Shown here: in pieces, positions 1 through 13,246 of the stretch
Layout of the letters: each line of letters opens with the position of its first letter
Position numbering within the stretch: position 1 is the stretch's first letter
NCBI RefSeq assembly: GCF_037042905.1
Contig: NC_087252.1
Span: 21,330,001 to 21,394,000, forward strand
DNA: 64,000 nt
Direction: 5' to 3'
DNA from: Lytechinus pictus
Taxonomy: Eukaryota
Notes under the pieces: model-generated
What the model was told of the DNA's origin: nothing
Database searches by the model: none
What the model saw: only the letters and a program-made list of their open reading frames with translations
Translations under genes and position numbers: made by a program

Positions 1-118
1 GTATATTGTAGCTCTAGAACAGACCGCACAACTATTCACCCAATTTTTACACTATAGACGGCTTTATTCATTAATCAAGTAATTATACCCATTCATATTT
101 CAATATGTATGATATATG

Positions 119-385
119 AATAATAATAATAATAATAATAGTACAGTTCTTAAATACGCATAACACCTACAGGTCTATATGCGCGAGGAAAGCGAGAAAT
201 GTGGTTAGAATTGTAAATTTAAATATTAGACATCAAATAATTATACATAACATCAAAGATTATTAAACATGGATTGGACCTACATGCGACTAAGTTAAAC
301 ATTCTGAAAAGAGGTGGGTTTTTAATTGTACTTTGAATTTCTCAAGCCGGGTAATATTTCGTAATGTCGGTGGTAGAGAATTCCA
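119..385 (-). mobile_element. 5'-truncated L2/CR1-clade LINE 3' end (ORF2 C-terminus, 3' UTR, (TAT)n tail)
   Basis: Minus strand 385-290 translates WNSLPPTLRNITRLEKFKVQLKTHLFSECLT*, the WNxLP...FK..LKTHLF C-terminal motif of L2/CR1 ORF2. The 3' UTR ends GCGCATATAGACCTGTAGGTGTTATGCGTATTTAAGAACTGTAC(TAT)n. Confidence 0.8.
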
Positions 386-784
386 TGAATGGTTTTGTTT
401 GTTTTATTTACCGGATAACAAAATATATTGTTTAATCATTCCAACATTGTGAAACAGTTGAACGTATCAGTGTTTGATTCCAACCATAATGATATTTATA
501 CTTGCTTATATAGGACTAAACACTAACATTAAATTCTATCCACTCTTGAGTACTATCATGGCCTGTTTTTTGTCTGTATTTTTTGTATTTATTTCCATAT
601 AAAAATAAAATATATACATGCTCAATTTAACATTTCGTACAGATCATATGGAAGATGGCCCATTTCAGTGGTATTCATAAAATACCACTGTTCTTCCATG
701 GGGTCCTTTAAAACATAAATACATGCATATAAAACAAATATACAAAAATATACACAAAACTGCGTTTTTTTAATAAAAATTCTT

Positions 785-933
785 GCAAGGTCCCATTTAA
801 CCTCACCTAGGTTGAGTGCAGCACAATGTGGATGATTTTCCTGCTGGGTGAAATTACTCGATGACCGGGATTTGAACCAACGACCCTCTTTTTCGAAGTC
901 CGGAGACCAATCCGCTAGGCCACAGTGTTCCAC
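785..933 (-). mobile_element. tRNA-derived SINE, 3'-truncated copy
   Basis: A-box TGGCCTAGCGG and B-box GGTTCAAATCC, then core TGTGCTGCACTCAACCTAGGTGAGGTTAAATGGG. Aligns by eye to 48386-48664. Confidence 0.8.
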
Positions 934-1330
934 GCATATCTTTTGTCTATATTCTCTTGTCATTATCATATAATTGTCACAATCATAATTTGATCAGTTA
1001 TGCTGCATGTTTATTACTATTTTTGTAAGGTTCTATTTTGATACAACAATAAATGCAGAAGCTGCGAGAATGCACTAATAGTAATCGTCAATTATTATTA
1101 ATCACATTACATATGGTTGTCAATACATTGAAAATCCTTTTAATAAGTTATGTCTTATGAAGGGGAATGCTCCCGAAATTATTACAAATACAAAAGAAAG
1201 AAAAAATCCATTGAGATTAAGGGATTCTCTAAGACTAACTTCATCTAGATAATGGTTAAATCGATATTTGATCATCGTTAATACCACTCTGCTAATATTT
1301 CCAACCTTATCTAGTGTTTTTAGTTAGATG

Positions 1331-3032
1331 CAGTGTGACCAGACGTCCCGTATTTCCCGGGATCGTCTCGTATTTTGCTCCTTTGTCCCGGCGTCCCGAC
1401 AAACCCTTCCCGGGACGCCTATTTGTCCCGTATTTCAGAATATTGAACAACATATAATTAATACATAGAAAAGTGAAGAATTTTCATCAAATAACCAACA
1501 GATGACGAAGCAGAGAGAACAATAAAATAAACTTTTGCAAGTTCTGTTGTGTGTGTGTGTGGCAGGAGATACTAGCTAAGCATGTATAGGATCGGAGTAG
1601 ATTCTCAATGGTGCAAACAAACTCACATGATAAACAGTTTTCCACTAAAATAATCACAAAATTGACTGGAAATTTTCATAATTATATTATGGATTCTCGG
1701 ATTACTGATTTTATGATGTAATCGGATGAGCAAGTTGTTGAGTTTTCATAACTAGATCTAGTTGTTTCAGCTTTGGTTTTGAGTCTTGTGATCGGTTCGA
1801 AGGTACTTGTATAATGGTATGAGAGATGCTTGTGTGTGGTGCCGCGATGTTAAGTTTGGCAATGTTTCACTTTTAAGTTTTATTCATTTCTACAACATTT
1901 TAGTTTTTTTATCTTTAAAATATATTCTAAAAAACCCAAATATCATTAAGATTTTTGTTACAAATAGATGAATGGATTTTTTTGGGGTTTGCTTGAAGTT
2001 TGAATTTTGTCCTCTTTCTTTCCTTTTTTCTATGCTTCTCTCTTCATCCTTTTATCCTGCCAGCTTGTCTTTTTTGTTCAATTTATCTTTTTTTCTAATG
2101 TGTGTGATGCCAAGATGTTGATTTTATTTTTAATCTTTAAAATATACTTTTAAATATATTTCAAAATATATTTTTAATATTTTTAGATGATTGGATTTTG
2201 GGGGGTTTGCTTGAAGTTTGAACTTTTTTCCTCTTTTCTCAATTTTTTTAATTTTCTATCCTTCTGTCCCTCCTTTCTCTCTCTCTCTCTCTTTTAATTT
2301 GTCTTTCTTTCCTTCCTTCTCTAACTTTCCTTCTTTTTTAAATTTCCTTTTTTATTTCTTTCATTCGTTCTTTCCTTAATCTTTTCTTTCCTTCCTTCTC
2401 CCTTCCTCTCCTTTTTCTTTTCGTTCTTTCTCTCCTTCCATTATTTTCGTTCTTTTTTTCATTCTCTTTCCCCTTCATTCTTTCCTCCCTCTCTTTCATT
2501 TTTTCTTTCATTCTTTATTTTCTATTTTCCTTCTAATTTTTTCCCTTATATTCTTTTCCTTCCTCCCTTCCTGTTTTCTTCTTTCTTTCTTTGAAAAAAT
2601 GAAGGAAACGTTTTTATTTCCTCCCTTCTTTCTTTCTTCCTCCTTTTTTCCTTTCTCTCCTTCATTTTTTTTCTTTCACACATTTCTTCATCTTCCCTTC
2701 CTTCCCTTCTTTTTCTTTCTTTCTTTATTCATTTCAAAGAATGATGGACACCTTTTTCCATTCTTTTTATTCTTTCTTTTATCCTTTTATTCTAACTTTT
2801 TTTAATTTTTTAATTTATTTTGCCCTTCATTTTTTTTCTTTCTTTCCTCTCAATTCATCTCTTTTTCTCTCATCTCCTCTTTCTCTCCTTCATTCTTTCG
2901 TTCACCTTCCCTTCCTTTTCTTTTTTACAAGTCTAACATTAGCCTTCTTTGTTGGCTCGGTAGATCCGCTCGTGCAGCTAGCGTGCTTTTTAGATTGTCC
3001 CGTATTTAATTTTGTGAAATCTGGTCAACCTG
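1331..3032. mobile_element. Non-autonomous hAT-like TIR element (1.7 kb)
   Basis: TIRs CAGTGTGACCAGA / TCTGGTCAACCTG; exact 8-bp TSD GTTAGATG at 1323-1330 and 3033-3040; subterminal GTCCCG repeats; internal CT-rich tract. Confidence 0.88.
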
Positions 3033-6000
3033 GTTAGATGTGTATTACGCTACCGCTGGCGGATTGATTGAACAGTTTCACAACCGTGAAAACAAAAATA
3101 AACAAGGAGAAAAGGAGAGAAAAGAAAGCGGGAAGGGTGAAATATGATATAATTTGTTGAGTATTAAGTCAATCTAGCACAAATTTAAGTTTTCATTTAC
3201 ACAGTTGTAGACCGAAATCTTTAGACTTAAGAAGCTAGGGGTTCCACTGCTACCATACCGTACCTTGCAAACTTTCTTGTTGAAGGTGGCTGGGGAGGGG
3301 GTCTCCGTCGCAAGATTTTATTTTTTTCGTCTACAAATGGAGTGAGAATTTGTCGACATTTCAAAAAATTGAAAAACTACGAAAAAAAACGATGGTCAAA
3401 ATTTCACACAAAATAACATTTACACCAAAAAAAATATATGCCTCCTCAAACAAAACCTGAAATTTTACTACCACGTTATAACTTTGTTGGTATGTACCTT
3501 TCAAACTTGTCGACTTATGTGTGAGAAGAGAGAAAAAAGAAAATAAAGACGAACTTTGAACTTTCAGATGGGTTGCCTTCATCAAATTATTCAATATAGG
3601 CCTATAGAAGTTCTTGTATAAAATAGATAAGTCTCTTTCAAAACACTAAATCCTTAAAAAAATTAAAATGATCAAATTGCAGAGATCAAGTGTCATTTCC
3701 TCTTTCTTAATCTTTCAAAACACATTAAATTTTTGTTTTATTCACAACATCCATGACAAAGTATTGGACTAGCCTAGTTTTCCCATTTTTATTTTTGTTC
3801 ACTTGGTCAATAATGCTCAAATCATTATTTGAAAGAAAAGAGTACTTATGGAATCAGATAGTTGGAATGGGACTGGAGCTCTCAATAATTCACTGCTTTG
3901 AATGAATCTGTGGCATGGTACGGGAGTTCTGTCACGCAATGGCAAAATACTTGAGCAAAAGCATTTTTGAAATTCGGCACCCTCATGCATACTTGTCATA
4001 AAACCCTTACCAAATTAGACAAACGCGGTGATAATCTTCGATGAAAAACATATTTGTCACGTTTCTATCAACACAGTTTCATCATATTTACCTAATTCCG
4101 GGATCTTAGAGACAAAATTCTTATTCTGTTTGCTTCCGAGAGCCGCGCAGACGACGTAATTGTGTAACTTTCTCTCGAGTTGTGGCGCCTTTTTTTAACA
4201 CTGGGAGTATGTAATACACCGCACGCACCTCATCCCGTTTGCACGATACGGTTTCACTCCCATTAGACCTCGCGGCACCTCGACTCTTGTACTTAATAAA
4301 AGATTTGCACCTCCGGGGCAGACGATGTACACAGACTGAATACAAGAAGTTGCGCCGAGAGTTTGGCGAGAAATAAAAAGGTTCTTTATGCCGGAGCCCC
4401 GGGCGCGTACACTTTAGTACGCTATGTAGATAGTATCGCAGCAGTTAAGAATGGGAACAAGCTAAGTTTACAGAGATCAGTGTCACTGTGGAGCATGAGT
4501 CTGTTATTGCATTTTCTCCGCCGCCACTTTGTTTCTAAGAAAACGTAAAGGAAGGGAGGAGGAGACCAAATAGAGATGAAGAAAAAACCTACAAAAGTGC
4601 AGAGGCTACTTTGGGGGTTAACTTGAGAAGGTTAGAAATGCATTCTCTTGTAGCCTTAACACTACGCGAGAATAGAGTTCTTGAATAACCAGTTGTGAAC
4701 TTAGGCTCAACGAAGGAAATCGAGAGCTGCGAGATTGAATTAGCACTTCGGATTTTGTTCTCTTGTTTTATACATGCATGGTTTTATAGTTATCTGTAAG
4801 AGACATTTGACTAATCCAGGGCAAAAACGTGTTTGTTCGGTTTCCATGACAAAATGAAGGGTTTTGAGAAGAAAGTGAGATTAGTTTGAGGTAAAGAGCG
4901 GGAGAAATGGGGGGGGGGGGAATGAAGTTGAGTGTGAGTGCGCGTGTGTGTGTATGTAAGTTGGGTGAGGGGTGGGTGGGCGATGATGTGTGTATGTGTG
5001 AGAGTATGCATGGTAGAGCGTGTGTGGGTGAGGGTGTATGCGGAAAGGTGAGGGAGGGTACACGTGAGTGTGCGTGTAGATGGAGGAGAGAAAGAGGTCA
5101 AAGGAAGAGACAATTGGAATTAAAGGATTAAAATAGAGCAGAGCCGTAAATGTGAAGAACGATCAACAGAACTTTGGATTCATTTAGGATCAAAATTATT
5201 CATCTCTTAAATCTAAGAAAAAAAATCTACCTCAAATATCTTAGCTTCCAATTCGAATCCACAAACATGACAAAGTTTAAATCAATATAAAACATTAGAT
5301 TGATCACTACTCAAAGTCTCTATAGGTCTGAATCATTGGAATTCAAAGTGTAGAAAGCGAAGGAGGGGTAACCGATAAGAAAGGGTGTTATATTGATGGA
5401 AATGTGAGGAGAGGTAGAGAGAGGGGGTGAGATATTCTACAACGAATAAGATAAAATAAATTCATGTATGCTACAAGCATCACACGGAAATAAACTGAAA
5501 CCAAGTAAATACATGTTAAAAAGGTCTTAGATTTAAAGAAACTGTGGTTGAGGAAAAGAGAGAGAGAAAAATCGATATACTCTAAAACGATTAAGATATA
5601 TTACGATCATAGTCGTCGGGTAATACACTTAAACAAAGTTGATGAGGAAGTGGAAATATACTTTTTATTTCTTTTTTCGCATTGATAGAGGGAGTGGGGT
5701 AGAGGGCTGCCATCGATTTAAATATAATAGAGGATACACAAAAGGCACTTGGTGGGCGGTAATTGAATTTCGAAAAGAAATCACACGTCTATAATGTTCA
5801 ATATCCACTTTCTAATTCGATACCTAAATCACAGAAAATAATCGAGAAATTATAAACTTATCTCTTTTTTTAAATGCTTGAATTTATGTTGATTTCATTA
5901 AAACAGTTGTATTTACCGAATTCCCTACCATAGCTATCGCACGGTTAAAAAGACTGCATGGCTGATCATCGGAAATTCGGAGTGTTGAGTAGTCCGACAA

Positions 6001-7711
6001 CTAGCATGTCAAACGTTTTCATATAAAGAAAATATTGGAGTTCAAGCACTATTTTTACATAAACAGGGCTTTGTTATTTCTTGACTTTTTCGTGATTGAG
6101 GTATCACATAATTTTTTTTTGGAAATACCACCCGCGATGTGACTTTTCGGTATCGTTTCTTTCAGTTATTTTTACTCATGCATGCATGAATGAAGAGACT
6201 TTTGAGCGAAAGAAGTGGTTCTATCTAAGCTTCACAATGATAGGTCGTGACTGTGTCTATTAAATTTATGATTAATAAATCATCGTTGTTAAATTCTCAG
6301 GGTTTTTTTTCTCGGAAGCACTGTTATCATGGATCCATTCTCTTCATGCTCCTTCTGTCTGTCCCCTTCTTTCTTCCTCTTTTTTTTTCTTCCCCCGTCC
6401 CCTCTCTCTCTCCCTCTCTCACCTCTCTGAACATTCATTCTAGTCTACCATTCCTTTCTATTTACCCCCATCGTCCACCCCTCCCCTCGGAACTGTCCCT
6501 GGACTAAGCTCTGAGAGACCGGCGGATGTTAGCCAAGCCCCGGTCCACGCGGATTCAAACCACACAGGTAAATCACCCCACCTGACATCAGAATAGCTTG
6601 AACCTAGCATATCAAATTTCACTAGATAGCCATCTCCCTGCATTGTCGTATACCTTCGCGTTGCCGGATTGAAGATTGCAAATCTGAAACGATTTAGTGA
6701 TTTTCTCTTTCTATGAAGAGTGTTTAAGTCGTTTCACAGGTATGTCTTTAATGTCCTCTTAAAAAGCAGTATGTGAGGGTGTGTGTGTTTGTGTGTGGCT
6801 GTGCGGGTGTGTGTGTGGATGTGCACACTCTCGTTTGGGGTTCACGACCCCCAAACGTTCCACGACCGAGAAAAAAAAGAAAAAAACGACAGAAAATGAA
6901 AGGAAAACGGATAAAAAAAACGATGTTACTCTCTAATTATAATATCCCAAATCCATCTCAAAATCATCTTCTATGTATTAAAGGCCTAGTATTTAAAAAT
7001 GATAAAATTTTGCTCGCTCACTTCGCTGGTTTGCGATTGGCTCGGATGATTAATTGAAAAAAAATCCACTGGCAACTAACAAATAGGCGGACACCACACC
7101 ATGGAAATATTGCAAGTATTCTTAACGGGAGTTTCACTAACTTGAGAGGTATTGATGCTTTCGAGAAAGGGGTTTTAGCTTCATAAAGGTGATGTATATC
7201 CTGCACGCACATTTTGCTCTTAAAAGATGTGTTCGTTTTTGTTCTTGCGTTACCAATCTATAATATTCTTAAACTGCGTAAGGAACAGGATGTGTTGACT
7301 CCTATATGTATTCATATCCTCTCGTTGACTTTATTTTTTTATTGGAAACAATGATTATTTTATAACACCGCAAATATAAAGAATTTCTGTACTCTCAATA
7401 TATTTTCAAGATATAAATCTCACAAAGATTAATATATAAATGTTTGTAACATAGGAAACAAAAAAAAAAACGCTTGTGTATGGCGTTGAAGTGCTTTTTC
7501 TTAATGGTTGCTTCATTCATTTGTAATTTTTTTTTTTCTAACATAATTTGAAGATATGGGGAGTGATTGTTTTTTTATTTTTTTAAGAGTGGTGTATTTT
7601 TTTATATATAATCATAGAATTTAATGACAAAGTGTGTTATTATGTTTTTTGTTTCCTTATTACAGATGTTTCGATTTTTTTTCAAGGAATGTGTCTCTTT
7701 CTACATGGCTC

Positions 7712-7727
7712 TAGCGCCCCCTCGAGG
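7712..7727 (-). promoter_or_regulatory. CTCF-like motif
   Basis: Minus strand reads CCTCGAGGGGGCGCTA, two mismatches from the CCASYAGRKGGCRS consensus. Motif match only. Confidence 0.3.
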
Positions 7728-8764
7728 ATTCCTTTAAGGAATCTTCCAAGAGTATTGAACTCTTTGAACGGGTAGAGATCGCTGGGAGCTTTGTTCGTAA
7801 AAGATGGCCTTAAAGTGCTTGATCTTAATGGCTGCTTCATTCATTTGTAATCTTGTTTTTTTTTTTATTATAATAAATATCCATTAAAATGTCAATGACT
7901 AATCAGATAAATTCAGCACCTTTATTATTCGAAAAGTGACCCAAATTTAAAGGAAAAGAAATGGTATGGAAGGCAGAACAACAATTAAAAATTGTTTGTT
8001 GGGTTGTCTGAATATATTTTAATACCGACTGCATTTTCCTGATAAAGTGAAGATATCATTGCTACCTTGTGGTGCTTACCTGATAATCACTTCAAATAAA
8101 AACATGCCATATTTTTTTGGGGGGTGGCGCCAGGGTATTTTGATAGGAGGGGGGGGGGGGCAAGATCCCCTGAAAGCGCTGACATATTTTCCCCTAATTA
8201 GAATACAATGATCCTATATATTTACACAGCCCATATCTCTTTTCCTTTCTTCCCATTGTTCCTCTCTTTTTTTGTCCTTTTCCTCATTTTTCTATTTTTG
8301 TCACTAAAATACCATTGGGGCGGTCGCCCTCCCGGTTACCCCCACCCATTTGCCGCCGTCCCTGCCTTTCCCATATGACACCATCCTTGACCATCGTAAA
8401 TATATTGGACTAACCGTATTCCATCAAAACAACTTAACGAAGCAAAGAGCCCTTTTTAAATTCCATCGTTAAAGGTTCATATTGACCCCCTCTTCTTCCT
8501 TCCCCATGGGCTGTGTTCATATGGTTTTGGTGAGGGTCCTGCGGTCAATTTACTTTGTTTTAAATAGCCCGTTTTAAGGACGCATTCTAAACAATACCCC
8601 TGACTTTGTGGCAAAGGCATTATGATGTTGATCCTACGCAAGTGTGGGAGGGTTTGTGTACAGGATGGGGCAACATATAAGGGGTGGGTTGCCATTGTCT
8701 ATCTTACCCATCCTGTACGATTCAAACATCCTCAATCGAAGCTTCTGTTCTCTCATAATTTCGG

Positions 8765-8817
8765 TGCATTAAATTTACATACATAATGAGACTCATTATG
8801 GATGTAAATTTAATGCA
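8765..8817. repeat. 53-bp near-perfect palindrome
   Basis: TGCATTAAATTTACATACATAATGAG-A-CTCATTATGGATGTAAATTTAATGCA: 26-bp arms, 1 mismatch, 1-nt spacer. Confidence 0.9.
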
Positions 8818-10397
8818 TGCTTTGCACCAAATTATCCTCTGCCTCTCCTCTAGTGGTCAATGGAGGGACACCGATTTTGATCAGGGGGGGGGGGGCAAAG
8901 TGTTAAAATATTTCAAAAAGAAATAAAAGGGACCATAACGGTAGTAAACATATTGATGAACAAACGTAAAGCCGAAGCGTCATCGGATGAAATGAGCAAA
9001 ATCGGCGCTTAACCATGTTTTCATTTTGTTTTGTATTTTGTCTTGCTTGATACGCCAAAGTTTCTAATGTAAGATTACAATAAACAGCCCCAAAATATGA
9101 AGTTGATGAACTCTTCATTGTATTTTCATTATATAGCTTGAATCTGTTACCATTGTTTTGGGGTTGATCGAAAAGAGATCGACAGATTCAGTCCATTAAA
9201 TTTACCATCGCCCATTCCCCCCCCCCCCTTCCTCTTTGGTGCGAATATGACCGATTACGCCACTTTCAGGTAAATGGGTACTTCAATGTGTAGTGGCTGG
9301 CGAGGCCGTTTTATTTGTTGTGGCGTGTCAGTTCGGGGATATTGTCAGCCCAGTTTATTGAACTGACGCCAGTGATATCGTATTGTTTTGTAGGGATGGA
9401 AGAAGGGACAATAAGATACAGAGGCAGAAAAAGTAAAAGAAGAGAGGTGATAGACGGAGAAAGAGAGAAAGAAAGATAAAGATATTTACACGAATACATA
9501 CCTCCACCCCCGCTACAGACAGGTCTATTGTAGTATTTTCTGAGCAAGAAAGGTAGTTAGTATTACTGCTTGTATCATTTTGACAATTCTTATCAAAGAG
9601 GACATATCAACAAATGAACCTTTATCTATAGTAGATGTGAATATATATATATTTGTAAATATGATATATACATATATATATATATACTTATATATATATA
9701 TATGGTTTAGCCAGTGTATGCCCGCGTACCCAGTCACTTTCTCTTGCATTCATGACAGCCACGTGACCGATCTTGACACAGTTTTCACGATGATGAATTC
9801 GAAACGTCATGGTCAAGATATTCTTCCCAAACTATGCCAGTTGATAGAAACAGGGGACTAATTTGAGGGGTGATTTATTGTCATGTCGGCACTGCTTCTG
9901 ACACGCTGTGTTTATACTGCACTAATTCATCATTCATGGGGATGTATTAAAAAAAAAAGAGGTGACCGGAGTTTCTTGCCCTATCTGGTACATGCTTGAA
10001 ATTCCGGTCATGAATTGTGTCAAGACGCAATCAGATTATCCAGGATTGGTTTCCACTTTTGTCTCCTCCTTGTTTCATTCATATTTAACTCGCTGGTGAC
10101 TTTTATACGCGTTTTATTCATAAAATTGATCTTCATTCAAAGTCGCAGGGGATGCGTCTATCCTGTCATTACGTGCAAGGAGTTTGCACGTGATGTGCGA
10201 GTTAGTTTGCTGAACAATCAGACTCGCAATGGTAATTGTAAGGTACTAGCCTGATTCTTCCATTTCCTTTGAGTTTGAATTAATTCAGTTTAAACTGTTC
10301 GATTTGCCATCGATGCATTAACCATATCTTTATTTTCTTTTATCATCAACAGTTAGACTCGTATTGATATAGTCCTACCATATGACATAATTTCATT

Positions 10398-10708
10398 GGC
10401 CCGTATTCTGAAGTCAGGTTTAACTTAGACCATGGTGTAACTCTGTGCTCAAATTATGGGAAGCCAAAAGTGTCAAAATTTTTATTAAGTTGTATGTTTC
10501 TTATATTTACTGTGCTCTTTCCTGATTCATCGATGGTGAGGACAATAATCTATTTATACTTACTAGACGATTGTGAATTGTTTGATAGCCAAATGAGCTG
10601 AAATATGATATGTTTACTGTTAGTGATTTATGTAACAATTTGCTATCCATACTTAATCCACAACTTGAAACCTGAATTTAAGTTAAACCCGAGTTCAGAA
10701 TACGGGCC
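10398..10708. mobile_element. PIF/Harbinger-like MITE (family A, copy 1)
   Basis: TIR GGCCCGTATTCTGAA / TTCAGAATACGGGCC; 3-bp TSD ATT; close sister copy at 17377-17688. Confidence 0.88.
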
Positions 10709-11286
10709 ATTGACTGCAAATATTTTTCATTCGTCTCCTTGTCTCTCTCTCTCTCTGTCTCTCTCTCTCTCTCTCTTTCTCTCCATCTCTCTTTTTCTTT
10801 TCCTCTCTCGCATACATATAAGTCCTCTGCAGTTTACTTTCCATTTTCTTGATTGATAAAAATGTACGAACGTACAAATTGATGCTTTAGTGCTTTGTTT
10901 AAAAACAGAGTATTTTTCTGTAATTATTTTCATTGTATATATTTTTACTTGTTATTGTATAGTCTATATCAAACTGAACATATACTCTTGATAAATATTT
11001 GTAATACATCAACAAAGAAAGAAATTAAAGAAATGAATGCACAATTGGATGACATTAAATTTGATGGGTTCAAAATGGCGGCTTCGCTATTAAAACAATC
11101 TCTTTTAACATTAGCTATAAATTTTGGCATCCATATAGTGGTCTCGACAGATATGTGTTTACAATGGTCATTGGCATTACAAAAACATTCATACACAAAT
11201 CACAATATTGGTTTTCATCAAGGTCATTAATTACAAAATCAACTAACAATGACCGGGATCATGTCTATGGCCGCGTGCACAGGTAT

Positions 11287-11717
11287 GAGCCAGTTCGTAG
11301 TTCCTTTCTGCGCATGATCAAAAGATTCTACGCATGATCAGAGGAAGGTAATTTGTACTAAAGTGACATGGTGGTTTAAAATCTAATGAGATAAGCACCA
11401 ACTTTGATGTCTTGATTATTCATTTATTCTTTTGAATAGTGGTTTTCATTTACATCCACAAAAACAACAATGCGTCCACGAACGACTGGTATTTCACAGT
11501 TTGCCAAGTACATTGTGCAACATGCTATGATATGCATTCAAAGTAGGAATGCAACAAATACCTTCATAAAGTGTTCATTGGTGTGCTATTCTAGTCACCT
11601 GGTCTATTCAATTTCTTCATCCTGCTATGTAAGGCAAGCTTACGTAATATCTTGCTTTGAAATCTGCCTATTATAATGAAAGAAATGAAAGGTCATTTGA
11701 CAACTACGAACTGGTCT
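11287..11717. mobile_element. MITE with AT TSD (ISL2EU/Harbinger-like, family B, copy 1)
   Basis: Termini GAGCCAGTTCGTAGTT / AACTACGAACTGGTCT flanked by AT; the whole element recurs inverted at 19561-19991. Confidence 0.75.
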
Positions 11718-13246
11718 ATTGCTCCCTTGACCGCGCTAAATAATTAATAATTAAAATCAGTTATTTGTATTTGGCCTACACGATGGCATAATGAGCAAAT
11801 AAACAGCATCGTAAAATGAAGAGGCCAGACATTGCGTATGGCCCAAATAAAAAAAAGTGAAAACGAACGAGTGAGCAAAGAATTTGATCTTTTTGATACA
11901 AAAGTCTATTCTGTGACAGGTTTTTACATATTAATCGGAAAATTGTAATTTTCTTTATTTTTCTTCTTTCTTTTCTTGGTCTTGAAACTTTTACGGGGGT
12001 GGCATATAACCCTACCCCCCCCCCCCTTGTACGTCAATGGGCCAACATACATATTAGGGATAAATGTAAATTGAATTGTAACTTAGTGAACGTTAGCACA
12101 CTCAAACTTTTTTCTTCGTTCCCAAATTTTGATTATTTCCACGCTTCCTGACCCGTTTCCTTTTATCTTACATCTTATTTTTTTTAAAGAGTTTAATGAG
12201 GAGAAAGCATCAGAAAAATATCGAATATCAATAATAAAGTCCTATTAGGGCTAATCGAAGTATACAAACGACAAAGATTATGACGACATTCATAGCATGA
12301 CTTTTAGTTACTTGTCTACACGGGTAAAATGATGTATAGGGCTCATTGTTTGTTTCCAACCTAGAGAAAAACTTCTTTTTTTTACTGAAGCCAAATCCAA
12401 ACATACGCAAAAATATCAGTTTTCAAAGAGAAAAATGAATTTGCCAATCATCAACAGTCATCAACGAAGCGCAATTTGAACTGGCTTTGCACGATTAATG
12501 GCAAAATGCTATTAACTGAAATACGATTCTATCAAAACAGTCGACAATTTCATCCAAGGACTGTCATATTTACCACTTCAAGATTTTAAATCCATTTGCG
12601 ATAGCTGTATCGTATCTCCCATATTTGAATTTCACACATGCGTGTTTTTTTATATACGAGTAAAAGAAAATATGCCATGCTGGTTGTCTGTGCGTGCGAA
12701 TCATGCGCAAATTTGAGCTGAACATGTCGATTAGTTCTTAAGTGGTCTACACGCGATTAGGGTTGCCGATTTAAGTGCCAATGAAAGGTGAAAGGATGAG
12801 AGTGACAATAAGTGGTTCAAATGTGACTCGAGTGGTGTTTAAAGCATGTTCCTGAAGTTCTTGTGCATGCAATTCACGTCAATATGACATTCTCCGATCT
12901 CGTCGAGGCGGCTGGCTCCTGAATGTCTGAGCGGCGCAGACTGGCGTTACATTTCAAAATCACCTGGCACGTGCTGGAGATGAATTGACAGACATTCTGA
13001 CGACAGAGAACTGCTTCAAATTGACAAATTTTGTTCGTTTTTTCTGCTTCTCCTTATAACGTCAAACCATTCGTGTTCATCATGTTTTTGGTTTTTTTCT
13101 AAGTCGCTTAACAAACTTGATTATACCGATATTCGGTCTTTACGAAAATGGACAGCGTAGACCTGTAATATGTCTGTGATTCCATGAAGAAGTTAATGTG
13201 TGGGGTTGTGTGCGTTGGTACTGGTTTATGTGGGTGGGTGTGTGTG

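Noticed and set aside
2599..3037. Phe/Leu/Ser-rich membrane-protein-like ORFs
   Set aside because: CT-rich low-complexity sequence inside the hAT-like element. The same artefact occurs at 20.5 kb and 22.7-23.4 kb.
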